Assembly: GCA_020632375.1 (NCBI GenBank)
Contig: JACKFR010000001.1
Coordinates: 21,106 to 85,105, forward strand
Origin: Candidatus Nomurabacteria bacterium
GTDB taxonomy: Bacteria; Patescibacteriota; Dojkabacteria; SC72; JAHDCA01
Length of the DNA: 64,000 nucleotides
Reading direction: 5' to 3'
Shown: positions 1 through 10,002 of the stretch, piece after piece
How the letters are laid out: the number at the start of each line of letters is the position of its first letter
Numbering within the stretch: position 1 is the stretch's first letter
Made by a program: the position numbers and the translations under genes
The notes under the pieces: generated by a model
Told to the model about the DNA's origin: nothing
Databases searched by the model: none
Seen by the model: only the letters and a program-made list of their open reading frames with translations

Positions 1-1
1 G

Positions 2-847
2 CTGGAATTTCAGATAATTGATGATGGATGTACTGACAATACAGTAAGTATTGCTAAAAAATTGGGGGTCAAACATTTCTTAGTCTCTTCTGCGCCGGGT
101 AAAAATCGAAGATGGCTAGGAAGAGCTTTTAAGACAGGTCTTGATAACGCATTGAAAGAAGGTGCAGATATATTAGTAAACACTGACGGAGACAATCAGT
201 ACCCATCTGAAATGATTCCAGAATTAATTCAGCCTATTATCGATGGTAGGGCAGATATTGTGATTGGTGATCGTCAGACTCAAAATATTGATGAGTTTTC
301 TGCTTTTAAAAAGTTCCTACAAAAATTTGGAAGCTTTATTACAAAAAAAATGTCTGGTGCCGATGTCCCCGATGCAGTTAGCGGGTTTAGAGCGTATTCT
401 GCGAAAGCAATGAGAAAGATTAATATCATAACAAATTATACCTACACTGTAGACACTATCATGCAGGCAGAGAAAAAAGGCCTAGACATCGAGTGGGTTA
501 AAATTCATGTCAATAAGAAAACAAGAGAGTCTCGACTTATAAAAAATATATGGACAAAAGTTCGCAAATCAGGGGGGACAATTATTAGGATGTATACGGT
601 GTATCAGCCGTTCAGAACATTTTCTATTATGTCCGCAGTATTTTTGATTATAGGTGCTGTGCTTATTGGTCGATATGGTTATTTCTATTTTATAGGTAAA
701 AGCGAAGGGCATGTTCAGTCAATAATTGTTGGAGGGGTATCATTTGTTATTTCGGTGCAGCTGTTTGCCCTTGGAATTCTTGCTGATTTAATGGCAGTTA
801 ACAGGCGTCTTACAGAAGATGTTTTGGAAAGAATTAAAGGTAAGTAA
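2..847 (+). CDS. Family-2 glycosyltransferase, polyprenol-phosphate sugar transferase-like (5' end lies outside the window)
   Basis: The frame stays open to the window edge (LEFQIIDDGCTDNT... upstream of the TTG at 62). GT2 motifs NTDGDNQYP, VIGDR and SGFRAYS are followed by two C-terminal TM helices, the GtrB/ArnC/Dpm1-like layout. Confidence 0.75.
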   Translation: MEFQIIDDGCTDNTVSIAKKLGVKHFLVSSAPGKNRRWLGRAFKTGLDNALKEGADILVNTDGDNQYPSEMIPELIQPIIDGRADIVIGDRQTQNIDEFSAFKKFLQKFGSFITKKMSGADVPDAVSGFRAYSAKAMRKINIITNYTYTVDTIMQAEKKGLDIEWVKIHVNKKTRESRLIKNIWTKVRKSGGTIIRMYTVYQPFRTFSIMSAVFLIIGAVLIGRYGYFYFIGKSEGHVQSIIVGGVSFVISVQLFALGILADLMAVNRRLTEDVLERIKGK

Positions 848-3119
848 GCTAAGAATTATGATGGATACAGGCAGACATTTTTCTACGCTCTTTATAACTC
901 GCAAGTACCCCCCGATGACTGGTGGGATGGAGCATATGATGCACGGGCTTATAAACTATTATCCTGGTAGAAAATACGCAGTCACTTATGGAGGCAGTCA
1001 AAAATGGTTGCCGATTATCTATATATGGTTATTTATAAAGGCTTCATTTATTCTTCTCACTCGGAAAATCGAGGTTGTTCACATTAGTGATGGAGTAATG
1101 GCGCCTATGGGGCGTCTTATTCAACTTTTATTTAGAAAGAAAGTTTCGGTTACAGTTCACGGAAAAGACCTTGACTTCGGTATGTCGCTATACCAAAAAT
1201 TCGTAATCCCATTTATTAAAAAAATGGATTTCTATATGCCAAACAGTCATGAAACTTTAGATAAAGCACTTCGGCTTGGTATTCCGAAATCAAAATGTAC
1301 TGTGATAACACCTGGAATTGATACAAAAGCTTTTGATTTTTCGCTGTATGGCAAAGAAAAACAGGTGGAATTAGCGACAAAGTACAATATCGATTTTTCT
1401 AAAAAAATAATCTTTACAAGCGGGAGGCTCTCTGAGCGGAAAGGTGTGAAGTGGTTTATCGCAAATGTTTTACCTGAATTAGGCGATGAGTATCAATATT
1501 TTGTAGCTGGTGCTGATGGAACTGAGATAAATGACTTAAAATCTATGTTTGGTATAAAGAAAGTGACATATGCCGAAGAGATTAACAAAATAATCAAGGA
1601 AAAAGGACTCTCTGCAAAAGTTACCCTTTTGGGCCGCATCCCATTTGATGACTTGAAAGCGATGTACAAGTTTTGTGATGTTTTTGTCACTCCAAATATT
1701 AGGGTTAAGGGAGACCAAGAAGGGTTTGGGATTGTTAATATTGAAGCTTCATATGCTGGGACCCCTGTAGTATCAAGCAATATAGAAGGAATTAAAGATG
1801 CGATAATCGATGGAGTAACCGGTTCTCTTGTAGAAGAAAAGAATGTTGAACAATATATAAATGCGATTACTAATTGGGTTAAAAAACGATCTAAAGATAA
1901 AAAACTATCTGAAAAGATTTCAAACGCTGTATATGAAAAATATGATTGGGTAATTATAGGTGAGAAATACTTCAAAATAATATCAGATCTAGCTGGCACT
2001 TCTGATTCGAGTCTTAAAGAAGTTCTATGGATTTCTAGAGATTATCCTCCTTTTGGAGGAGGACAAGGAGTTTATGTAGCACAGTTGCATAAACTTTATT
2101 TAAAACAAAATCTTAAATCAAGAGTCCTTGTTTCTGAAATCGGTAGTCTTTCAGACCAAAGGAGAAGGAAAGACACGATTTACAAAAACGTGTATCCGGT
2201 CGGTGTCCATACCGGCAGTACATTGTTCGTTCCGTTTGCTTATCTCTATTATCGTAAGCATAAAAAAGTTTTTAAAAATGTAAATGTTATACATTGCAAC
2301 GGAATTGACGGGCTTTTCTTTCTGATTTTCAAAAACAGTCACATAAAGTACTGCGTCACAATACATAATACTTATATACAACGGATTGAAAATAAAAGAC
2401 TAAATCTCTTTTTAAAACTTTTATACCCTTTGTTTACTTATATTGAAAAGTATGTAATTCGAAAAGCGGATGAAGTGATTAGCGTTTCAAACTTTACAGC
2501 AAAATATATTGAAGCTTATGGAATGGATGTTAAGGTCAATGTTGTAGAAAATGGTGTGGATACTAAAGTTTTCGTTCCGGTTAAGAAAAGCAAAGAGCAA
2601 TTTAACTTCCTTTTTATCGGACGTCTTGTTCGGAGTAAAAAGCCTTTTGAGACAATTCGTATATACGAGAAGTTTGTACGTAACTTCGGTAAGGGTATAA
2701 ATACAAATCTGTATATGCTTGGTACAGGACCTTTGTATGATGATCTTCTCGAATATGCTAGGAAAAAGAAGCTTTTTACAGTTCATATCGAAGGCTATCA
2801 GGACACAAAAAAGTATTTGGAAAAATCTAACTGCTTTTTATTGTTTTCATTTAGAGAAGGTCTTCCATTGACGCTATTAGAATCAGTTTCAGCCGGACTT
2901 GCGATTGTGATTACAAAGACTGCAATGGGAGATTCTGATATTGTTAAAGAGAATATAAACGGTTATATAGTTAATCCAGAAATTGATGAAGATGAAATTG
3001 TTGATAAAATGTATAAGACTGTGAAAAATTTTAACAGACTTTCGCTAGAGTCACGAAAGATAGCTTTGAAGCATGATTGGAGTAAGGTTGCTGAAGAGAC
3101 GATTAGCTTATACTTATAA
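819..3119 (+). CDS. Tandem GT4-GT4 fusion glycosyltransferase (766 aa; alternative start at 858)
   Basis: Two complete GT4 (GT-B) units sit in one ORF. The first has GRLSERKG and EGFGIVNIEASYAGTPVV...DGVTGSLV. The second has FIGRLVRSKK and REGLPLTLLESVSAGLAIV...ENINGYIV (the E-x7-E region). Confidence 0.8.
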   Translation: MFWKELKVSKLRIMMDTGRHFSTLFITRKYPPMTGGMEHMMHGLINYYPGRKYAVTYGGSQKWLPIIYIWLFIKASFILLTRKIEVVHISDGVMAPMGRLIQLLFRKKVSVTVHGKDLDFGMSLYQKFVIPFIKKMDFYMPNSHETLDKALRLGIPKSKCTVITPGIDTKAFDFSLYGKEKQVELATKYNIDFSKKIIFTSGRLSERKGVKWFIANVLPELGDEYQYFVAGADGTEINDLKSMFGIKKVTYAEEINKIIKEKGLSAKVTLLGRIPFDDLKAMYKFCDVFVTPNIRVKGDQEGFGIVNIEASYAGTPVVSSNIEGIKDAIIDGVTGSLVEEKNVEQYINAITNWVKKRSKDKKLSEKISNAVYEKYDWVIIGEKYFKIISDLAGTSDSSLKEVLWISRDYPPFGGGQGVYVAQLHKLYLKQNLKSRVLVSEIGSLSDQRRRKDTIYKNVYPVGVHTGSTLFVPFAYLYYRKHKKVFKNVNVIHCNGIDGLFFLIFKNSHIKYCVTIHNTYIQRIENKRLNLFLKLLYPLFTYIEKYVIRKADEVISVSNFTAKYIEAYGMDVKVNVVENGVDTKVFVPVKKSKEQFNFLFIGRLVRSKKPFETIRIYEKFVRNFGKGINTNLYMLGTGPLYDDLLEYARKKKLFTVHIEGYQDTKKYLEKSNCFLLFSFREGLPLTLLESVSAGLAIVITKTAMGDSDIVKENINGYIVNPEIDEDEIVDKMYKTVKNFNRLSLESRKIALKHDWSKVAEETISLYL

Positions 3120-3120
3120 T

Positions 3121-4743
3121 ATGGAAAGATTTAAGTTCGTAAAAAAATATTACAGACAAATTCTTCTAAGTTTAGTGATTGTTTTTATCTCATGGTTTTA
3201 TCTTACTTCTGCCGATAACTTTACGAATATGTTGTCAGGCGATGGGTATTTCCACTCGCTTATCGCACAAAATATTATAAAAAACGGTTCTATTGAATAC
3301 GAGTGGCCTCTCAGAGTTTTTAATGGACTTAAAGATTCTTCTATAGTGAGCCATTACCCTGTTCACTATTCACAGCTTTACCATTTAACGCTAGCTCTTT
3401 TTAACAATCTTGGTGGCTTAGGCGTCTTTGCCTGGCAATTTACTTTCTATATAAATCTTCTAGTATGTCTGGGAACATATATTTTTTTTCGAAAAATGGG
3501 GGCTATCGGTATCCTAGCACCATTGATTTGTATCTTAGCCGTGGGATATCGTGTTTTTGCAGTCAATTTCATGGAGGGTTATCTTCTTCTGCTTTTCGTG
3601 GGTATCTTGTGGGCTGCAAGCCGTTATTACGAATCTTCAAGATCAGAGTCTAGGTACCCAGTGTTTTATTATCTATCCGTATTCTTTATCGGTTTACTGA
3701 CGATTACCAAACAAATCGGTTTAGTCGATGGAATTACTTTATTTGGCATACTTTGCTTGATCTCTCTTACTAAAAAAGAAATCAAAAAAGTTTTCTTAAC
3801 TACCCTCCTAATGGCTGGAACAGTATTAGGTCCATTATATTCGCTTTATCGGGGGATTGGTACTTTCGGTTATGGTACAGGAAGTCTTACTTTACCATCT
3901 TTTATTCCTTTTAGTGATTTGATAACTAAATTCCTTTTTACGTCTAGATACCAATTCTTACCTTCACATGTGCCAAGGGTTCTTGCATACCAAGTCGATA
4001 GAAGTCTTTTTGAAAATATCAACAAGATTTCAAATTATTTCTTTGTGTATGGTAGGCAGGGAGTTGTCCTGAATCTGGTTTTTCTTGCTGTTTACGCAAC
4101 TGGTTTATATTCTATTTTCAAAAGGTCAAAGAAGCTCGGCTATGTTATAGCGGCTATCTTTCTGAGCGAATTCCTTATAGTAAATTGGCAAAACCTTATA
4201 CTTACAAAATATACGATTGTTCTTATTTACCTTACTGGGTTCCTGCTCTCAATGGGCTTGTTTTATCTCAGCGAAAAATTCTCTCTCTATAAGAAGTATA
4301 TTCCAGCTATTTTTATATTGTTATTAACAATCTTCTTTGTAGGACAGCACGGGTCACTCTATAATAATGTCGGGAGAAAAAAACGTGAAATGGAGCTGCT
4401 CTATGTAAAGATGGGGGAATATATACAGACAAACTATAGCGAGAATAATAATCTTTTTCTCGCAAGCGATCCACAATTCGGGGTCTGGTCTAAACATGAT
4501 TATATCTGGTATCCAGACCTTTACTGGGGGGATTGGGATAATGAACTCAGCACGGTTGTTAACACATACAATGTTAGATATCTGGTTATCACATCGACAA
4601 ATATCAATAACTCTGGATTGTACGACGAGATTCCTCAGGATAAATATGACAAAATAATCACTTCATCTAGAATGACCCTAGTAAAGAGGTACCAGCATGG
4701 CAGCGATTTTGTTGAACTTTGGGAACTCTCTGGCATTAACTAA
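3121..4743 (+). CDS. Polytopic membrane protein, GT-C-like (PMT_2/ArnT-like) glycosyltransferase candidate
   Basis: The ATG at 3121 follows the stop of the upstream gene. More than 10 hydrophobic helices are followed by a soluble C-terminal domain of about 120 aa, and the gene sits in a glycan cluster. I did not confirm a catalytic motif. Confidence 0.5.
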   Translation: MERFKFVKKYYRQILLSLVIVFISWFYLTSADNFTNMLSGDGYFHSLIAQNIIKNGSIEYEWPLRVFNGLKDSSIVSHYPVHYSQLYHLTLALFNNLGGLGVFAWQFTFYINLLVCLGTYIFFRKMGAIGILAPLICILAVGYRVFAVNFMEGYLLLLFVGILWAASRYYESSRSESRYPVFYYLSVFFIGLLTITKQIGLVDGITLFGILCLISLTKKEIKKVFLTTLLMAGTVLGPLYSLYRGIGTFGYGTGSLTLPSFIPFSDLITKFLFTSRYQFLPSHVPRVLAYQVDRSLFENINKISNYFFVYGRQGVVLNLVFLAVYATGLYSIFKRSKKLGYVIAAIFLSEFLIVNWQNLILTKYTIVLIYLTGFLLSMGLFYLSEKFSLYKKYIPAIFILLLTIFFVGQHGSLYNNVGRKKREMELLYVKMGEYIQTNYSENNNLFLASDPQFGVWSKHDYIWYPDLYWGDWDNELSTVVNTYNVRYLVITSTNINNSGLYDEIPQDKYDKIITSSRMTLVKRYQHGSDFVELWELSGIN

Positions 4744-5915
4744 ATAGAGATACCTTCAAGTATTTCCTCATCACTTTTACTTGAACTTGTTTTAAAAGGA
4801 AGCGAAGCAATATCGTCAATTTTTCTACTGTTTTTAAGATCAAAAATATAAGAGGTTGTGTATTTCTTCTTTTTTACTGAGCTGCCTTTAAGGCTCTTAT
4901 ATCCAACGCAAATTGCTCTTTCGGTTCCTTTGAATCCTTTCGATGCAGGATTAAACATTCGATTTATATCAACGCTCCAATAGTCATTTTTTTTGTCCAG
5001 CGGCAAATTAACTGTAACAAGAGGGACTGTTAGATGACTCATGTTGTCAATTGGGCAATCTGTTTTATGTTCGGTATATCCTGTCTCATTAAATGCTTCT
5101 CCGTGGTCGGCGGTAATCACTATTCGAGTTTTGTCTATTTCTAGCAAATTTTTTAGTGCCTCAAAAACATGCTCTAAACATTTGTCCAAATCTTTGCATT
5201 CTTGAATGTACAGGTCTTTCAGATCTTTTATTTCGTCTTCGTTGAGTTCTTCTGGTTGATATTGGAGTTTGTTATTCAACTCTACTGCTTTTATCTGCTG
5301 TTTTTTAGAAAGCTCTTTAGGAATATAAGGCGAGTGGGGCTCCATAAAGTGTAAAAAAATAAAATTGCCAGTCTTTTTTTTGAGCTGGAGCTTTTCTAGA
5401 GTTTTCACTATTTTCCCACCCCTTATATCTTCTTTAACCTTTACTGGCGTGAGTACCTTTCCTCTTAGCATCTTAAAGATTGGCTTTATAATATGTTCAC
5501 GAATCGGTTCCGGAAGAGACTTTACAATACCTTTTTTGACTTCATTAAGTGATTTCATATCCCCCCAATAGTCTTCAAAGTAATCCCACCCATAATTGTA
5601 TCCGAATGCACGGGATGTAACTGCATTTGTAGTTATTCCATAAGTGCGAAATCCTTGTTCTTGAAAGATTTTAGCTAGAAACTCATCAGAATTGTCATCG
5701 TTTATTCCTGCATATCTTGTTCTCTGAAAGGGAATGAAACCAGTCATTAATGCTGGTACTGCAAAGTGAGTCGAAGGCGCATTTGTATATGCTCTGTCTG
5801 AGCTTGAGTTAAGCTCTTTAAGTTTGTTAAGGAAAGGCATTATTTCGGTGTCATAAGCCTGCTCAACTCGCAGACAGTCGCAAATTATAAACACATAGTT
5901 CGTATCTTTGTCCAT
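4740..5915 (-). CDS. Alkaline-phosphatase-superfamily (sulfatase/LtaS/EptA-like) enzyme, no TM or signal peptide
   Basis: N-terminal metal site VFIICDCLR, a nucleophile region NAPSTHFAVPALMTG (Thr/Ser in place of the sulfatase Cys), and the downstream ITADHGEAF motif typical of the superfamily. Confidence 0.65.
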   Translation of the reverse strand: MDKDTNYVFIICDCLRVEQAYDTEIMPFLNKLKELNSSSDRAYTNAPSTHFAVPALMTGFIPFQRTRYAGINDDNSDEFLAKIFQEQGFRTYGITTNAVTSRAFGYNYGWDYFEDYWGDMKSLNEVKKGIVKSLPEPIREHIIKPIFKMLRGKVLTPVKVKEDIRGGKIVKTLEKLQLKKKTGNFIFLHFMEPHSPYIPKELSKKQQIKAVELNNKLQYQPEELNEDEIKDLKDLYIQECKDLDKCLEHVFEALKNLLEIDKTRIVITADHGEAFNETGYTEHKTDCPIDNMSHLTVPLVTVNLPLDKKNDYWSVDINRMFNPASKGFKGTERAICVGYKSLKGSSVKKKKYTTSYIFDLKNSRKIDDIASLPFKTSSSKSDEEILEGISI

Positions 5916-6002
5916 GGGTATAATTCAAATCTCTAGATTACTTTAAGGCGATTGTTCCATATGATAATATCATCTGAACTCTCCAAGATGAATATTTAAA
6001 TT

Positions 6003-7124
6003 ATGATCCTCTTCTGTGTGAAATCATATAAACTAGTAGACCTGAATTTCAGTATTGATAACCAGCTTAATATAAGCTCAATCGACAACGAGCTCAATAC
6101 ATATCTAAAAGCAAAAAATGATACTGATGAAATAATATTTAAAATTGTTGACAGTATACCTGAAAGGAATAGCCAGTATACAAAGGTCTCGAATATGTAT
6201 GTGGCCAAAGACTCTTTGTATATTTCTAATTTCCCTTTTGAAATTAAGATTGAAAATAAATCCGGGATATGGACTGTTTGGGTTGCATTAAAAAAGAATC
6301 TTAACCAGTTGGAAAAAGTTTATCAGCTGGCTTACTTTAACAAATTCTTACACCCAACATACAAATCAACTGACGAAACTTATGGGGCAGATTTTATGTA
6401 TAAAATCTTTCTTCCCCTCATCCAGCTTAAACTCGTAGAACATGGAAGCTCATTTGTGCATTCTAGTGCTATAAGTCTTGATGATAAAGCCATTCTGTTC
6501 ACCTCTTGGGGAGGAATCGGAAAAACAACGACATTGCTAAAATTGCTTTTAACACATAAAGATATAAAATTTCTTTCCGATGATATGGCCGTTCTTGGCT
6601 CTGATGGAAAAGTATATTTGTCAGCTAAATATCTGCATATTTACCCATATAACTGGATGGGATTCAGTAAACTTAAAGAAATTGCTTATAACAAGAGAGG
6701 ACTTGTAGATAAACTAAACTGGAAATTTTGGGGTATCTTTAGGGGAAAAGCTGTTTGTAGGAGGATGCCGCCGTCAGAATTGTTTCCTGATCAGATAGCT
6801 GACTCTTCTACTTTGGATAAGATCTTTTTTTTGAGAAGACGGAATGTCAAATCAATCACATCTAGAAAACCAGATAATACTGTAGACATTATCAAAACAA
6901 TGTCCTACATTGTTTTTAGCGAGTATAAGTTTTTCCATAATGAAATGTTGTTAGCCGTATCTGCCGGATGCGAGATATTTCCAGGCCCAGAAGACTTTAT
7001 TAAAAATGTAGAAAAAAATCTTACGAAACAGATTAGTGGTAAAGATCTGGAGATTGTAGACATTCCATATAAAGCTACACCAGATGACCTTTATCGCTTT
7101 ATGTCAAGTCGATTACTTAGCTAA
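6003..7124 (+). CDS. HprK-C-terminal-domain-like P-loop protein (putative kinase)
   Basis: VHSSAISLDDKAILFTSWGGIGKTTTLLKLL...KFLSDDMAVLG parallels the HPr kinase / HprK-related kinase core (HG..v...g.GvLl.G.SG.GKS....L...G..lvsDD). Confidence 0.5.
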   Translation: MILFCVKSYKLVDLNFSIDNQLNISSIDNELNTYLKAKNDTDEIIFKIVDSIPERNSQYTKVSNMYVAKDSLYISNFPFEIKIENKSGIWTVWVALKKNLNQLEKVYQLAYFNKFLHPTYKSTDETYGADFMYKIFLPLIQLKLVEHGSSFVHSSAISLDDKAILFTSWGGIGKTTTLLKLLLTHKDIKFLSDDMAVLGSDGKVYLSAKYLHIYPYNWMGFSKLKEIAYNKRGLVDKLNWKFWGIFRGKAVCRRMPPSELFPDQIADSSTLDKIFFLRRRNVKSITSRKPDNTVDIIKTMSYIVFSEYKFFHNEMLLAVSAGCEIFPGPEDFIKNVEKNLTKQISGKDLEIVDIPYKATPDDLYRFMSSRLLS

Positions 7125-8647
7125 CCCCGAAAAGATAATCTCCGTAAAAGCTTTCCAACAAGTGCTTTGTCTTCTTGACTATAAAGTCCTAGCAAGATGA
7201 TTAAGCCCAAGTAAACTAGGTATCCTACGATTAAAACTGCCCCTAGCCTCATAATTAGAAGTGCTCTACTTGTACTCACAAATCCAATCAGGTTGAAATT
7301 CCGTTGGATTAAATAAAAAGCGATTCCGTAAGCTAATGACACAATAAATGTTGCGTAGATCTTCGTATTGTAAGGCGTAAATTTACGTATCCAGTAAAGC
7401 TCGATCACTCCAAGTGAATTTTGAACAAACATTGCTGTCGCATTACCAATCGCAGCGCCGATTATCCCAATCTTAGGAATCAGAATGATATCCAATACAA
7501 CAGCAGAACTTATTGAAAAGATAGAGTTTATAGATATAAGTTTTTGCTTATCAAGGGCATTGAGTGTAAAGCCAATCGGGCCTGAAGCCAAATTAGAAAT
7601 AGTCCCAAGAACAAGAATTAGCATGAGGACCATCGGTATCTCAAATTCATTACCGAAGAGGCTAAGAAGCTCTTTAGAGTAAATTACAGTAAAAACAGAT
7701 AATGGTATGGTAATCTGAGTTAGAAGCCTTACAACGTCTTCATATAACTTCTCCACCATCTTATCCTTTTTTTCATGAAATAGTCTTGTAATAGTCGGGT
7801 AATAGATCGTGTTTACTGAAGTAAGAAAGATGCTAGGGATAATTGCTACATTAAGAGCTGCATTGTAAATTCCGACATTTTTTTCTGTATCAAAATAACC
7901 CAGCATTAAGGTGTCCAGATATTTTATCAAAAAAAACAAGATTGTATTTAAAAAGACAGCTCGTGAATAAATGAGATATTCTTTATCGAATTTTTTAAAG
8001 CTTGGAACAAGTTTCAGATGTTTTAGCTTACCAAAATATTTAGCGATTAAAATTGCAGTAAGTGAAAATAGGTGTGCTATCAGGAGTGTGCTCATTACAT
8101 ACCTGTCGGGAATTGTTAGGACTATGACTAGTACTATACCGATAAGACTTATCACCGGATTTACAATATTTTCAATCAAACTCTCTAGGTTAACATTTTC
8201 ATGACTGGTAGAAATTCCGAGCAAAATTCTTGTTAAAGTAAAGGCGGGTAAGGCCAAGATGAGGATTCTTAAATAGATCACTAATTCTGGCGCACTGAAA
8301 AAGTTTGCAATCTGTTTTGAAAGGGCAAGTACGACAGTTGCTATCAGAATGCTCGAGAACAGGCCATACTTTATAGCTGTCCCAGTAAGTGCACGTAATT
8401 TCGCACCGTTTTTTGTTTTGATATATGCCGGTGCAAATCGATTAATCGTTTGGTACAGTCCAAAAACACTGAATAATGCTAAGAATTGAAAAATGCTATT
8501 TGATAGCGAATATAGACCGAGAACTCTGGCTCCCAAAAAATTCCCTATCGTTGAAGTAATCAAGAATAACGCAACAATTCTAGTGAATTTCCCGGTAAAC
8601 ATTATCACACTACCCTTGATTATGTTTTGCCTTGATCCTTTATTCAC
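7121..8647 (-). CDS. Polysaccharide flippase, MOP/Wzx family
   Basis: A 508-aa protein with about 14 TM helices and the length and topology of polysaccharide-biosynthesis (Wzx/RfbX-like) exporters, located in a glycan cluster. Confidence 0.7.
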   Translation of the reverse strand: MNKGSRQNIIKGSVIMFTGKFTRIVALFLITSTIGNFLGARVLGLYSLSNSIFQFLALFSVFGLYQTINRFAPAYIKTKNGAKLRALTGTAIKYGLFSSILIATVVLALSKQIANFFSAPELVIYLRILILALPAFTLTRILLGISTSHENVNLESLIENIVNPVISLIGIVLVIVLTIPDRYVMSTLLIAHLFSLTAILIAKYFGKLKHLKLVPSFKKFDKEYLIYSRAVFLNTILFFLIKYLDTLMLGYFDTEKNVGIYNAALNVAIIPSIFLTSVNTIYYPTITRLFHEKKDKMVEKLYEDVVRLLTQITIPLSVFTVIYSKELLSLFGNEFEIPMVLMLILVLGTISNLASGPIGFTLNALDKQKLISINSIFSISSAVVLDIILIPKIGIIGAAIGNATAMFVQNSLGVIELYWIRKFTPYNTKIYATFIVSLAYGIAFYLIQRNFNLIGFVSTSRALLIMRLGAVLIVGYLVYLGLIILLGLYSQEDKALVGKLLRRLSFRG

Positions 8648-8649
8648 AG

Positions 8650-9984
8650 CTAAGCTTCAACATGAAGTACTTCTCTTAAAAGTTCTGATGCCTCAAAGAT
8701 TGTTGTCGGTTTCTTCAATTCAGATTTGTTTGAAATGAATAATGCTGTCCAATCATGCACCGAGTCATCAGGTCCAGTATCGTTTTCGAAAATATGAACT
8801 TTCTTGTGACCTACTGTTCCAGCCGCCCTCCATGCCAAGTCTCCGAAAAAGCCCATAAGATCTGGAGGGTCACCATTTACTTCTTTATAGATTTCTCTAG
8901 GTATAGGGATGAAGTTGCTGAGTTTATTCCCTTTATCATCAGTGATTGCTTCAAGTTTTGCTTTAAGTTCATCTCGTTCTTTTTCAAAACCCCCAGGCTC
9001 TATAATTCCGTTTTCTTCACGATCTTTAACATTGAGGAAGATTCGAGAGTAGTATCCTCCCCATCCCCAAGCCTTTGTTTTAGACCAGTCAACATCCAAT
9101 TCATTAAATTTTGAAATCTTATCTGGATACTTATTTAAGACTAGATACCCTTCTTGGATAAGCCATTCATTTATGCAAAGTGCTCCATCCATTGATTTCG
9201 CACCATGATCAGACATTATTACAATTGTTGCTTCTTCGGGAAGTACTTTCAGTAGTTCGCCTATTTTCTTATCAACGAACTTATAATATTCCTTCATCAC
9301 ATCTTTGTATTGATTAGCTTCTTCAAAGTCTTTGTGGGTTGGATCTGTATATTTCCAAAATGCATGATGCATTCTGTCTACACCCATTTCTACGAGCATT
9401 AGAAAATCCCATTCTTCTTCCTGAGCAAGATAAGTGGCTACATCAAAGCGGTTTTTCGCTAGTGCATAGCAATCCTCCTTGATTCTTTCTTTATCATCAT
9501 CTCGAAACCCTCTTGCATCAAGGATATAATCCCCAAATTTTTCCAGTACTTTTGCTCCCACCTCTTTCGGATAAGCCCAATTTGCGTCTAAATCTGGTGT
9601 TAAGAATGAAGTAAGCATGACCCCATTTATTTTTTTTGCGGGAAATGTTTCTGGAACACCTACAACAATTGACCTTCTTCCTTGCTTATCCAACATATCC
9701 CAGAGCCTCGGTTCTTTTACTTTAGTCGCATCTGCAATCCAAATATCATTGTATGAGTTTGTCACTCTGTTTCTGAATCCGTATATTCCAAGCTCTCCAG
9801 GGTCTTTTCCACTTAACAAAACTGCCCAAGCAGGTACTGTTATCGGGGGAATACAAGTGCGATAAGTTGTTCGAAATCCTTTTGAGGCAACCTTCTTAAT
9901 ATTTGGAAGTTCATCTAGCCACTGCTCAACTAACATTGGGCTTGCACAGTCAAGACCAATTACAACGAGCTTATTGTTTTGCAT
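8650..9984 (-). CDS. Type I phosphodiesterase / nucleotide pyrophosphatase-like alkaline-phosphatase-family protein
   Basis: N-terminal VVIGLDCASP metal site, a Thr nucleophile context (CIPPITVPAWAVLLSGKDPGELG), and VIMSDHGA plus a MHHAFW His cluster. No signal peptide. Confidence 0.65.
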   Translation of the reverse strand: MQNNKLVVIGLDCASPMLVEQWLDELPNIKKVASKGFRTTYRTCIPPITVPAWAVLLSGKDPGELGIYGFRNRVTNSYNDIWIADATKVKEPRLWDMLDKQGRRSIVVGVPETFPAKKINGVMLTSFLTPDLDANWAYPKEVGAKVLEKFGDYILDARGFRDDDKERIKEDCYALAKNRFDVATYLAQEEEWDFLMLVEMGVDRMHHAFWKYTDPTHKDFEEANQYKDVMKEYYKFVDKKIGELLKVLPEEATIVIMSDHGAKSMDGALCINEWLIQEGYLVLNKYPDKISKFNELDVDWSKTKAWGWGGYYSRIFLNVKDREENGIIEPGGFEKERDELKAKLEAITDDKGNKLSNFIPIPREIYKEVNGDPPDLMGFFGDLAWRAAGTVGHKKVHIFENDTGPDDSVHDWTALFISNKSELKKPTTIFEASELLREVLHVEA

Positions 9985-10002
9985 CTAGAAATTGAAATAA
10001 AG

